Source: Raja brachyura
Taxonomy: Eukaryota
Assembly (NCBI GenBank): GCA_963514005.1
Contig: OY740791.1
Coordinates: 51,956,001-52,020,000 of the forward strand
Reading direction: 5' to 3'
Length of the DNA stretch: 64,000 nucleotides
The notes beneath the pieces are model-generated. The model was not told the origin of the DNA, did not search any database, and saw nothing but the letters and a program-made list of their open reading frames with translations. Below, piece after piece: positions 11,335-23,548 of this stretch. The position numbers and the translations under genes are program-made. How positions within the stretch are numbered: position 1 is the stretch's first letter; the number at the start of each line of letters is the position of its first letter.

Positions 11335-11825
11335 TGGGTTCCCGGGTAGGGGAAACCCAAGAATAGTGCGGTTTTAGACCGCAGTAGTCCCTAGGGGATG
11401 GGGCTTAACGGACCTGAACGGTCTGCCTGGGTTCCCGGGGAGGATAAACTCAAGCATATGCGGTTCTAGACCGCAGTAGTCCCGGGGACATTGGGTAAAA
11501 CTAGCTTAAATGGTTAAGCTGGGTTCCCGGTGCAGGGGAAACCCAAATATATGCGGTTTATATCGCAGTAGTCCCCAGCGCATGGGGTTAAAACAAACCT
11601 AAAGGTTAGGCTGGGTTCCCGGTGCAGGGGAAACCCAGGTATATGTGTGGTTCCCAGACCACAGTAGTCCCCAGGTAATGGGGTTAATTCACATAAATCA
11701 TTAGCCTGCGTGCCATGAGGGTACCGTGGGTATATATTTATATATATTATATTTATATGGATTCCTGGTGAGGGGAAATTCACCTATGGGGTTCTCAAAC
11801 TACAATAATCCCCAGGATATGGGGA
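11335..11825 (+). repeat. About 92-bp tandem repeat (4 full copies + 1 degenerate) of multi-hairpin units inside the DIRS element
   Basis: Units start at 11335, 11428, 11520, 11612 and about 11758 with TGGGTTCCC...GGAAACCCA...TGCGGT...ACCGCAGTAGTCCC. Confidence 0.85.
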
Positions 11826-11892
11826 CAACTGACAAAATAGTCAGTACAATTGGGAAAGTTGGGAGATTTCACCTCTAGGAATTAATTTAGAG

Positions 11893-12402
11893 AGCAGCAC
11901 TTTTGGGTAGGGCTGCTTCATGGGAATGTCAAGTTATGGCAGTGCCAGCCTATGGGAAAGGCTGTGTCAGCAGTACCTTTGTTTAGGACTGCTAATGGGG
12001 ATGCCAAGCTATGGTAGGCTAGCCTGATGGAGAGGCTGTGCCAGCAGTACCTTTGCTCAGGACTGCTCATGGGGATGCCAAGCTATGGCAGGCTAGCCTA
12101 TTAGAGAGGCTGTGCCAGCAGCACCTTTGCTCAGGGCTGCTCATGGGGATACCAAACTATGGCAGGCTAGCCTATTGCAGAGGCGGTGCCAGCAGTACCT
12201 TTGCTCAGGACTGCTCTAAGGGAATGCCAAGTTATGGTAGGCTAGCCTATTGGAGAGGTTATGCCAGCAGCACCTTTGCTCAGGGCTGCTTGATGAGAAT
12301 GCCAAATCTATGGCAAATACTGGGCTATGGGAAAGTCCGGGCCAGCAGCTACTTTGTTCAGGGCTGCTTCATGGGCACCAGGGGTACCTTGTTAGGGCTG
12401 CT
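11893..12402 (+). repeat. About 74-76-bp tandem repeat (about 7 copies) of triple-hairpin units inside the DIRS element
   Basis: Units start at 11893, 11969, 12043, 12117, 12191, 12266 and 12344: AGCAGYACCTTTGCTCAGGRCTGCT...TGCCAAGCTATGGCA...AGCCT..AGGCT. Confidence 0.9.
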
Positions 12403-15400
12403 TTATGGGAATAGCAGTTTAGTAGGGTATTCCCATTCACAGTGATCATGGGGGATGAGGAGGCATTGTTAGGATAAGGCAATATAACAGAATGATGACA
12501 AAAGTATTCAAAGAAAACTATACACAGTTTAAAAGCGCTTGTGCTAAAATCCGCTGTCTAGTCTCAAAATATATTTGAGAAATTGGGCTCCTCTATCCAG
12601 TTAGATTAAGTCCTATCAAATAGATTTGTAGGATGTTGGGATTTACTTTTAGGTATTCAATTGGCCATGATGCCGGCCTAGGCAACAGATTGCAGTCAAT
12701 AAGACTTTGGTAACAGTTGTTGGTATAAAACAGTTCTAGTCGTTGGACTAATTGTTAAGTGCATAGATGCAATTCAGGTGTGTAAGTAGTGCAACAGTTA
12801 TTTTGTTAAATGGTTAATTAGTAAGTGCCATCTAGGTCATTGTTAACACCAGCTGAAATTAATAATGTCACGATGATGGACAAACAGTGTTCATTACTGC
12901 TCTAGTAGTTGTTAGGTAAACCTTTTGTTCTATTGCAAATTGGTGCTAATGGCCTAAATGGGAAATGGTGTCAGCAGGGCTTTGTAGCAGGCCTGCTTTA
13001 TGGCTCCCTCATGTAAGAGGTGAGCATGTGGGATTGGTATAGTTTAACGCCGAGTCTGAGGGTATAGCCATAGAGCATGCCCAAGAGATCGGGGCATGTG
13101 CCAGAGGTCTATGCCTGGCAAGAAAGTTACCATCCCAAACACAATATGCAGTGAACACCGCTCTGAGGGGGACATTACAGTTGGCTGCCGAATCCTCTAT
13201 TCAGGTAAGACTTTTCCATAGGTGTAACCTGGAGGGCGAAGCACAAGCTATTGGAACAAGCAAGGTTTCATAGTTTTGGCAACAATGCATCCCATGTATT
13301 TTTTGGCAGTAGCGGTTCACTGAAGTTGCTGGCAGCATGAAAGCTGGCCAGAGGTTCCACGCACTGGACTTGTGCTACTCTACAATTAAGGGACCACTTG
13401 CAGTTTGGTAAGGTGTATACTTAGTTATACAGTACAAATGATTGAGACATTATCAGCTACTTTGAACGGTAAATGTAAAATGTACAATATTGGTTTTCAA
13501 GCAGGTTAGAATTGGACAGGTTCAGTATAAGGACCAAGATTGTCTTGCTAGACTGGCTTGGAAATCGGGCCACAGTTGCTATTTAAGGTAGTTACCAAGT
13601 AGCTGAAAGATCATCTCGAGTTTGGAGATGGAACAGATTTGCATGACTTGCCCAAAAAGTTCTGTTATTAGTATCAACTATTTATAGACTCTACGGGCAT
13701 TGTATGGGCTATAGAGTGATTGGACAAATAAGCATATTGTCATGCTCAGGTTGATGCATTGTGTTGGCATATGTTAGTCACGAGGGTGCAATCGGTTAAA
13801 GAATCACTGGAATGGTTACATAATTTTGTTGCCATAGGAGAATCATCAAGTGTGGGTAATGGCAACACAGTTGGTGTTGAATCGCACTGTATTATGAAAT
13901 TCTGGTTCAATGGAACACCTGATATGAATATATGTATATGTGTATACATATGTATGTTGGTTTCATGTTTATTTCACTGGTTGCAAAATAGTTGGCATAG
14001 CAGTGGCAAAAGATACATTCTCGCCAAAAGGAGCAGGTGGGTCTTTTATGGCTACCTCCATTTTATCTCATCAATCGAGGTTTCAAATAAAGTCATTAAG
14101 AGGCTTTAAGTTCCTATTGTGTGATTATGCAAATTGATTCCTGATTTGTTGCGAATAATTATATAACCTTATTGGTTATTTTAAACTTGAATTTGCTTGT
14201 TCAGCCTGAGGTTTCGGAAATCAGATGTTGCATGATAAACTCAAATTTATGTTCTGCAGGTCTAACAAACTGTCCTAAGGTTTGGGTTGTTACATCTATC
14301 CTTCTATGTGTTCAAAGTGTTTGCATAGCACCAAACGGCTGAATTTCTTTTCCAGGAGATGAAAGAGTTTGTTATGCTTATGTTCCATGGAAAATGGTAT
14401 TGATTGCTAATGTTTCGAGTTCATGCTAAATGATTGTCTGTTACTTATGGAGTTATACGGCCATTAATTGACTCGATGAGCTTCCTCATTGAATTGGCTG
14501 TAACAAACAAGACTCGCTGTCGGGTCCACACCGGTTATCAAGGGGTAGGATATCTTCAACATAGGTCCCAGGACCAGTATAATGCCATATGCGATGTTGA
14601 TATTTGTGAACACTATTTCACCAGGAGGCAGCAACTATATCCTTAAATTTGGCTGGAGTTTATTAGGTAGTTATCCTTCTGGCACTGGTTTAGTGCAGCA
14701 GGTTCAGTCGCTAAATAATTGTGATGGTACAGGATGATAATGTCTATAAATTATAATATATAATATGTTATAAATACTTGAGCAGACCAGAAGGGGGTCA
14801 GGTCTCAAAATAGTCACAGGCATACCAGGGGACCTTTGATAAGGTAAGCACACATGTATACAACAATATGTCAAGGTCATCAAGAGCCTTGGAGTTCTGG
14901 ACTAGCAATGTTGTTGGTCACAAAGAATTTGGGAGAACGTATTGTTCATGGCATTCCAGATGAGGAAAACGGAGTTGTGTTATGTACTAATGGATTCTGT
15001 TTCCAGATCTCATTCCACCAGGGCTGCTACAACATCAGCAGCAAGGGTATTTATGTTCCGCTGGGTCGCATTGTTGCGGCTGGAGTATGGTCCATCGAAT
15101 GAATCTCCAAACATCTGTAATGACCCATTGGTGAACCAGGAGTATTGTTAACTCTATTTATGTTCTGGTTATATGTTCCATCTGGGTGAGAGATGGAAAT
15201 ATTATTGTTTCATTTAAACAGCATCAGCATGTTTTACATCTCTGTTATGACTGTATGCATTATGAATGTTTTCCCTTCATTTGTCAATGAAGCAGCTGTG
15301 GTTGTGTATACTCATTTCACACGGCATGAAATCACAGAGCTTTGAAGTCTTCACGTAGTCACTCGCGTGACTCCGAAGTAAAATAGTAAGATTAAACGAG

Positions 15401-16147
15401 AACTTACCAGTTTGAAGTTTGATCTTTATTTTATGAGGAGTCGAGGGACTACGTGCCCTCCGCTCCCAGCCCTCATAGATTTCATCTGGTAGTTCTAGTC
15501 TTTATCTTACATTATACTTCAGTTATTATTTGCTGTGATTTCACACCTTTGCTTTGAAGATTGACGCACGAACGGCTGTACGGGGTTCTTCACGTAGTCC
15601 CTCAACTCGACTCCTCATAAAAATAAAGATCAAACTTCAAACTGGTAAGTTCTCGTTTAATCTTACTATTATCTGCCACAATTTATTCCAATCACTGACA
15701 ATGACACTTGAGCTGATCTGTCTGTTAGTTATTATCCTTATAATAAATGCATCCTCAGCACACATGCCCCATGTTCTGTTCTCAAAGTATTTTTTAAATT
15801 ACATAAATAAACTGATAGGGAATTACTTTTACTGTTAATGTAAAGGGTAAATAGAGAAGTTGTTTCTGTAGATAACGTCAGCGTAAAAGAGGAAGGATCT
15901 GCTTTAGGCCTTGTTTACATTTCTGCTGTGAAACTCGGCAAGTGTCACTGGTGATCACAGTGTTTAGAATGTGAGAGTGATGGACAGTGTTGTATGGAGG
16001 GGGAGATGAATTATGAAGAGATAGATTCAGGAGCTGCGTAAAAATATCAAAACAGAGTGTTAGCAGCAATAAAAATGAATTGTATTTCTCTCCAGAATTC
16101 ACACAATATGGGGGAATTGAGTCGTTAACCTTGATTAAGGAAGGAGT

Positions 16148-17572
16148 CTGATTAGATTATTTGATGAGGAAGGCACTAACTCCATGAAACAGTTACCCCT
16201 CACATTCCTATAAAATCTTTCCACCTTCACCTTATACCTATGCCCTCTCGTTCTTAATTGAGGATGTGACAAGTAAAATGGATGTAGTGTATCTAGACTT
16301 TCAGAAAGTCTTTGATAAAGTCCCACACAGGAGAATGGTGACTAAAATTAGAGCACATAGTATTGGGGGTAGGGTGTTGATATGTATAGAAAATTGGTTG
16401 GCAGACAGGAAGCAAAGAGTAGGGTGAATGGGTCCTTTTCAGAATGGCAGGCAATGGCGAGTGGAGTGCCACAAGGCTCAGTGATGGGGCCACAACTGTT
16501 TACCATGTGAATCAATGCTTTGGAAGAGGAAATTAGGAGCAAAACTAGCAAGTTTGCAGATGGCACAAAGCTGGGTGGCAGTGTGAACTGTGAAGAGGAT
16601 GTTAGGAGGTTGCAGGGTGACCTGGACAGGTTGAGTGAGTGGGCAGATGTGTGGCAGATGCAGTATAATACAGATAAATGTGAGGTTATCCACTTTGGTG
16701 GCAAAAACAAGGGAGCAGATTATTATCTCAATGGGGTTAGGTTAGGTAAGGGGGAGGTACAGGAAGACTTGGGTGTCCTTGTACACCGGTCCCGGAAAGT
16801 TGGTGTGCAGGTACAGCAGGCAGTGAAGAAAGCTAATGGAATGTTGGCCATCATAACAAGAGGATTTCAGTATAGGAGTAAAGAGGTTCTTCTGCAGTTG
16901 TATCGGGCTCTGATAAGACCACATCTGGAGTATTGCATACAGTTTTGGTCTCCCAATTTGAGGAAGGACATCCTTGTGATTGAGGCAGTGCAGCGTTGGT
17001 TCACAAGATTGATCCCTGGGATGGGGGGACTGTCATATAAGGAAAGATTGAAAAGACTAGGCTTGTATTCACTGGAGTTTAGAAGGATGAGGGGGCATCT
17101 TATAGAACCAATAAAATTATAAAAGGACTGGATAAGCTGGATGCAGGAAAAATGTTCCCAATGTTGGGTGAGTCCAGAACCAGGGGTCACCGTCTTAGAA
17201 TAAAGGGGAGGCCATTTAAGACTGAGGTGAGAATAAAACTTTTTCACCCAGAGAGTTGTGAATTTGTGGAATTCCCTGCCACAGAGGGCAGTGGAGGCCA
17301 AATCACTGGATGTTTTTAAGAGAGAGTTGGATAGAGCTCTAGGGGCTAATGGAATCAAGGGATATGGGGAGAATGGCCGAATGGCCTCCTCCTGCACCTA
17401 TTTTCTATGTTTCTATGTTTCTACGTGAATTCCCCCACTGTGGACAAGAGACTCTATGCATCTACGGGCACGGGTTATTGATTGGGGATGATCAGCCATG
17501 ATCGCAATGAATGGCGGTGCTGGCTCGAACGGCCAAATGGCCTCCTCCTGCGCCTATTTTCTATGTTTCTAT
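16148..17572 (+). mobile_element. CR1 LINE, 5'-truncated (RT C-terminus, 3' UTR, duplicated tail)
   Basis: YLDFQK..FDKVPH, SKFADGTKLGG..., LYRALIRPHLEYCIQFWSP. (TTTCTATG)n tails at about 17402-17423 and 17558-17572. Confidence 0.9.
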
Positions 17573-17590
17573 GACCTGTTTCCACACAGA
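17573..17590 (+). pseudogene. Gene 2: remnant 3' end of leader exon
   Basis: gacctgtttccacacaga|gtaaatgc and the following intron match the gene 1/3 leader end. The 5' part, including the ATG, is replaced by the CR1 tail. Confidence 0.7.
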
Positions 17591-18217
17591 GTAAATGCTT
17601 TCTCTTCGCCGGTCACGATTACCATGCATTACGTTATCATTGTCCGTGTAAAGCCGCACCCCATTGTCAATCTCGCCCCTCCCATCAAATCCCTCTCCTT
17701 CTCCTGATCCGGCACGTTCCTTATCATGTCAGAAATGGCCTCCTGTGAGCTTGTTGCAGAGTTAAACTCTCCCTCCTCATCCCGCTCAGCCTCAGCAGCC
17801 TTTGACACGGTTGTCCACACCATCCTTCCCCAACACCTCCCCACCACAGTCCAGGCTGGTGGAACTGCCCTTGACTTATCGATCCAGTTGCAGCCTAAGA
17901 ACCAAGTGCAATGTCTTCAATTCACGCTCCGGCAAAGTTCCTTCAAAACCGGGTGGAGCTCCTCCACTACCCCAACACAAACCCATATCCCCACCTCCGT
18001 CTCCCTCCCACACACTCACTCCTCTCATGTGATGAAATATCCCTGGATCAGGCCAAGTTATTCCAGACGGACATCTCTTCACAAACCGAGTCTTCCTCGC
18101 TGGGATTTCCAAGGAAGATCACAACTGTCTGTAATTAAATTAAGTTAAAAATTAATGATTACAGGTATCGGGTGGGGGAAATGTGTTTTAAATCTTCATT
18201 GTTCGTATTTACAACAG

Positions 18218-18559
18218 GGAATAGAAGTCGAATGTATTCCTTGGATAACGCAGACGACATTGTGCTAAACGGACCGGACAATCCTGAGAAAGACACTGTT
18301 GTTGTCTGGGAATGGAAACCACACTCAGAGAAGGAAATCGAAAAATTGACGACTTTTAGAAGAAAGACGAGCTATTGTATCAAACAGAAGGCCGCTGGCG
18401 AGAGTAAAGTGAACATGTACCCGGAGATGCATGTTAATTACGGTACCCTTGATATGACAATTTATAAACCCACATTTAAATGGGCGGGATTTTTCACTTT
18501 TGCTCAAACAGAACCGAGAAAGCAAATCCTGAAACAATATGAAATATTTTAGATCAAAG
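18218..18559 (+). pseudogene. Gene 2: D1 V-like exon lacking canonical cysteines, disabled
   Basis: DIVLNGPDNPE...VVWEWKPHS...FKWAGFFTF..KQYEIF. TAG at 18550-18552, and donor GTGAGT mutated to TTGAGT. Confidence 0.85.
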
Positions 18560-19253
18560 TTGAGTGGGTGCGATAAGGATCAATAATGTTTAATTTATCT
18601 CTGTAAATATTGTCACCTATAATGATGATAGATGGGGTGAAATGTGAGGCTTTTTCCACCCGGTGAAAAGAGAATCTCACAGTAAAACAACTGGGGAAGT
18701 GTTTATGTTCATTGATTCTGAAATGATCAGCAGGAGTGAAAATAGTTTGATGACTTCACTGGGAACAGCAAATCAATGAATCTACCCGCGGCAAATACCA
18801 TGGTCTTCTCGCCGGCACATGGTAAGGTGGTCGCTGCAAGGTGGTATGAAACCAATGCTCCATGCAGTGGCCCCAGGGTGATTCTGCTGCTTAATGTTAC
18901 CCTATGACCAGGTCAATGGAAGTCCATCGTCAGTGGAACTTGGGCTTTGCCATAGAGTTCACCTTTTGAGAGCAATCAGATAAACCTAGAAGGAGTGGCA
19001 ATAGATCCATTTTCAACAGTTTGTGAATATTTTAAACAGAGCATGTGTAAATACAACAAAGCCTGAATGTTGCCGGTTCCACTTGCAGTCCCACGGTGAA
19101 CAATCGGCATTTTGCTGTGTCAATGTGACCTGCCACGTGTGTCAGGAGTTGTGAGAGCACTGGGAGAGAAGTTGTTCTGACTTTCAACTGGGCTGTCAGC
19201 ATTGAGCCCAGTCATTGGACTGTACACACCACTACTCTCCCTGAATTTCATTG

Positions 19254-19990
19254 AAGGTAGACAAAAACGCTGGAGAAACTCAGCGGGTGAGGCAGCATCT
19301 ATGGATCGAAGGAAATAGGCAACGTTTCGGCCGAAACCTTTCTTCAGACTGATATGATGGTGGGAGGGTGGGGGGAGGGAAGAAGAAAGGAAGAGGTGGA
19401 GCCAGAGGGATGAGGGAGAGCCGAGAAGGGGAGGAGATAGTAAGGACTACCTGAAATTAGAGAATTCAAGGTCGAGCAGCGGATGCAATAGATAAGGTTG
19501 GGAGAGGTGCAGGCGAACCTCATCTATTGCATCCGCGACTCTACATTGTCTTCTCTAATTGCTGAGGACTGCTTTGGTCCTTGAATCAATGGGGGATGTA
19601 AAGCGACAAGTGTAGCATTTCTTGCGGTTGCAAGAGAAAGTGCCAGGTTAGGGGGTAGTACGGGTGGGAAGGGACGAATTGACCAGGAAGTTACAGAGGG
19701 ATCGGTCCCATGCGGAAAGCAGACAGGGAAGGAGATGGGAAGATGTGGCAAGTGGTGGGGAAAATGACGGAGAATTATTTGTTGTATTGAAGAGACCCTG
19801 GTGGGAGCCTCATCTATGGTAGAAGAGGGGAACCCCTGTACACTGAAGAATGAGGACATCTCCGATGCCCTGGTGTGGAACACTTCATCCTGGGGTGAAC
19901 ACCTCATTCTTCAGGGAATGGGGGTTCGCATCTTCTAACATAGATGAGGCTCTCACCAGGGTCTCTTCTATACCCTGTGACGCTACTCTC
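19254..19990 (-). mobile_element. Penelope-like fragments with tail, at the position of the missing gene 2 D2 exon
   Basis: SPQDEVFHTRASEMSSFF matches the PLE at about 3320. Intron sequence that precedes D2 in genes 1/3 is present at about 19130-19253 and stops at this element. Confidence 0.7.
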
Positions 19991-19994
19991 GCTA

Positions 19995-22250
19995 GAGTAA
20001 CTATGATATACATGAGAGAAAAAAGAAAATTCATTCTCTTTTTGGTGAAATAATCTCCAGACTTCTAACATTCCAGAGTCAAGTAAAAAAGAATTGATAA
20101 AACTAGCTGATTTATTTGGAAGCACATGATCAGATGCAGATCTGTCCATCGAGGGGTTCAAACAGCAGTTAAAATCTCCACTCATTATTTAAAAATGTTC
20201 ATTTAAATTAGGAAAGGATGCAATTAACTGTTTAAAAAAACTCAGGGTGATCAATATTAGGTGCATAAACATTCACCATAGCAACTTTTTGGTTATGAAG
20301 AACACCAGTAATCACCAAAAATCTACCATATGGATCAGAAATGGTTTCATAATGAACAAACAGACTTGAGGAGTCAATAAAAATAGAGACTCCTTTCACC
20401 TTAGCCTGTGAATTTGAATGAAACTGCTGTCCTCTCCAAAACTTTAAAAATTGATGATTATCGTCTTGCCTTACATGAGTTTCCTGAACAAAGATAATCT
20501 GAGCATTTATTCTACGAATAACTTTTTTTTTTTTAATCCTCTAATGGGATGGTTCAAACCATTCACATTCCCTAAAAAGAAGTTAATAACTTTATCCATA
20601 TTGTTTGTAAAAATCATGTGGAATGTAAAGGGTTAATTTCTTAAAGCATAACAGTTCATGATACTGGAAAGAGAAAAATCTAGAGTGGAGCCAGAAGTGA
20701 CAACATTTCAGACATTTTGGTAGTTCAAATTCTGCACAGATAGAAAAAAAACTGAGTCAGAAGCGAAAGACCCCCCACCCTCACCCATGCAAAGCCCGAA
20801 ACTGATCAGTAGACAGTCAGTACACTACCTAATCCCTTCTCTACCCCCATCTCTCCAAACGACAGCACCCAAAGTAAGAAGAAGGCATATTGACCACTCA
20901 ATAGCCAAAACAAAATTAATGTTATGGTTAAGAAGTGCATGTTCTCAGTGAAACACAAGAGCTACTTCATATTATTTATCCAAGGTCAAAATATGAAAAA
21001 CAAGAACTGCATTCACTTTGTTTGTCTGAAGACAGGGGGAAAAAAATGCCTTCAATTTAAAAAAATAGAAAAGCTAACAAAGAAAATCATAAAAATTAAT
21101 ATATAATACCATTAAATTAACAGTATATTAGAGAAGGTAAAAGTTGTTGTGTGATACTATCATACTAAAATTCTAAAAGTTAAATTAAAAAACAACTCCT
21201 CCAATTAAAATCTTTATCATTACAAAACGATATATTATCAAAATAGTAACAGTAAATCTCCAATTATAACTTGATTAGCTATCAGTAGCTCCCGGTTGTG
21301 GCTTCACCCCCATAAGCCTCCAGAAAGCTGGAAGCGTCTTGAGGATTGTTAAAAAATCAATTGTAACCATTAAAGAGTTGTATACGCAGTCTAGCTGGAT
21401 AAAGTAAGGTGGGGCACAACTGTTTCTTAAACAACTCAGACATCACATTGTGGACAGACTTTCTTAATTCTAAAAGCTCATGGCTGTAATCAGGAACAAA
21501 CCAAAACTTGCATCCTTCAATTTCAACTATGCCCAACTTTTTTGCTGCCTGGAGGATATTCTCCTTCATCTGCAAGGAATGAAACCGAACGATCAAATGT
21601 CTCGGTTTATCTTGGGGACCAGATTTCTTCCTGATCCTGTGTGCCTTATATCCAAAATTGGAAGATTTTCATAGTGCTCGATGTTGAAAGTCTCCTACAT
21701 CATTTTAGAAGCATATTTTATAACATTATCTCCTTTTTGAACTTCCAGCAAACCAACAATTCACAATTCAGTCGACGGCTTCTGTTTTCCAGATCCATAT
21801 TTTTAAACTTGTATTGCTGGAGTGCTCGAGTATTTTCATTCATTTTCCATTCCACTTTTTCAATCTTCAAATCTCTCTCCTGGCCCAAGGTTAGCAAGTT
21901 ATCAATTTGTTCCTTCTGTTCACGAGATTCATCTTGTAACATAATCCGCTTGTCTTGAACTTCCTTCAATTTGCTCGAAATTCCTGTCACCATTTCTTCC
22001 AAACTGCAAAATCTTGTTTTCAGTTCATTTTTCATTTCTTCATTCATTTTCGACATTGCTTCTAAGATACCAGAATCAGAAGCAGAAGCTGTGCCTCCCC
22101 CACGCTCCTTCCTTGGAGAAGCTCTTTTAACTCTTGTCTCCATCATTTACATGATTAAAGCGTATAAAAGTGTTATCAACAGTTTAAGAAAAGTTAGACC
22201 GTGCCTTGAAATCAAGTAATAACAAGTGACATTGAAAGAGTGGTAAGCAA
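19995..22250 (-). mobile_element. L1-clade LINE 5' portion (ORF1 + APE endonuclease), decayed
   Basis: ORF1: coiled coil, DLENRSRR, IVRFH..PDYS..LLYPARLRI. ORF2 endonuclease: NVNGLNHP, QETH, GDFNCCLNPSMDRS. Confidence 0.85.
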
Positions 22251-22501
22251 AAGATCAAAGTTAAGGGAGCAAACAAATTTGCAACCTTTACAGCATGCTG
22301 CAACAATAAAGGTAATCTAATCTAAAGACTGTAAAGATCTGATGAGTTTTGGTGCGGCATTCATGAAGGATGTTACATTTGAAACTTGATCAGCTTGATC
22401 AGAGAAAACACCATTAATGTTTATTAAAATGCAGATGAGAATCTCTCTATGGCAAGTATCTGTAATACTGAAAGGAGTTATCTTCAGTCTCTCTGATTCA
22501 G

Positions 22502-22882
22502 CTTTATATAACAGGAGATATACGCTTTACCGCTCCAGCACAGATCACAGTGAACTTCACCTGGTTTGTTCTCATAGTTATATCTATTCCACTGCTGAGT
22601 GCACCTGGACATCTCGTCATCATTAACAACAGCAGAAAGTAATAGCATCTGCGATACACTCTCAGCCCATCAATGTCAACAGGACCTACTTCCGGAATCA
22701 ATTGATGAACTCAGTGAAACGCTTCAATGGCAAGGATTTCAGAGAAAAGACACTGACTGGGGAAGAGAAATCACTGAGTCTGGTTATTCAGAAAGCGGAG
22801 AGAGGCAGACTGAACTGGAGATGTGGTTTGTTTCATCAAGACCTGTCCCGGCTTTTTGTTCGGTACTGTCAGGAGCCCCGTG
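22502..22882 (+). pseudogene. Gene 2: fused D3/D4 exon with stop
   Basis: YTLYRSSTDHSELHLVC...; TAA at 22624-22626. D3 (…FNGKDF) joined in frame to D4 (EKTLTGEEKSLSL…NWRCGLF). Donor G|GTAAGC. Confidence 0.85.
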
Positions 22883-23548
22883 GTAAGCGACTCAGGGTTT
22901 GTTCTTCATACTTACACATGATTGAGTTTTGATGTCCTGAAATTTGAAAGTGGAATATGGTCTTCTGGTTTGTGAGTGGTCTAACTCTGTTGTGACCAAT
23001 TACGTCTCACATTTCAAATAAAACATACTGAACCCCACTTCTCCCCTCCCACCCTTCATTGTGCACGCATTTCTCTCACCACCCAGGTACCCTATTCCCT
23101 TCCTCTTTCCACTCATCTCCCACCCCTTCCAATTGTCCAATTTCCTTTCATGTTCTTGCTCCACTTCCGCCCATATCCTTCCCTATTTTACAGATCTGGC
23201 AACCTTTGGTCTCCATTTCGCCCCTTGCTTTTGTCATTAGTTCCATCCATCTACTAATCACCATACCTCACCTGTATCCACCTATCACTCACCATGCTTT
23301 GTCTCATGCCTACTTCTCTTCACCAGCTTTTTCTGTCCTATTCCATCAGTTTGAAATGCCTGACCCATTGAGTTTCTCCAGCACTTTGCATTTGGTCAAC
23401 ATTCCAGATCTGCATTTTCTTGTGTCTGCATGGAAGGATACCCACTGGTCAGCGTTGGTGGATTGCTGCAGAGGGCCTGTTTCCATGCTGATCCAGGATG
23501 ATGAATTATAACGTACAACTTCGTAAAGATTCCCGTCTTTTCCTACAG

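Larger units (their letters stand above)
10999..15670 (+). mobile_element. DIRS1-like tyrosine-recombinase retrotransposon, coding-decayed
   Basis: 38-bp perfect inverted repeat 11023-11060 / 15562-15599. Internal complementary region 15348-15455 matches both the left terminus and the right extension. Shared ATT at both ends, no longer TSD. YR remnant SHSTRAATTSAA near 15010. Confidence 0.9.

Noticed and set aside
11335-12402. Hammerhead ribozymes or tRNAs in the DIRS arrays
   Set aside because: No CUGANGA core and no tRNA T-loop or D-loop consensus visible.
16097-16130. 5' half of the gene 2 leader exon (acceptor + 12 nt + ATG)
   Set aside because: Spacing resembles the gene 1 leader, but the sequence diverges and stops after six codons.
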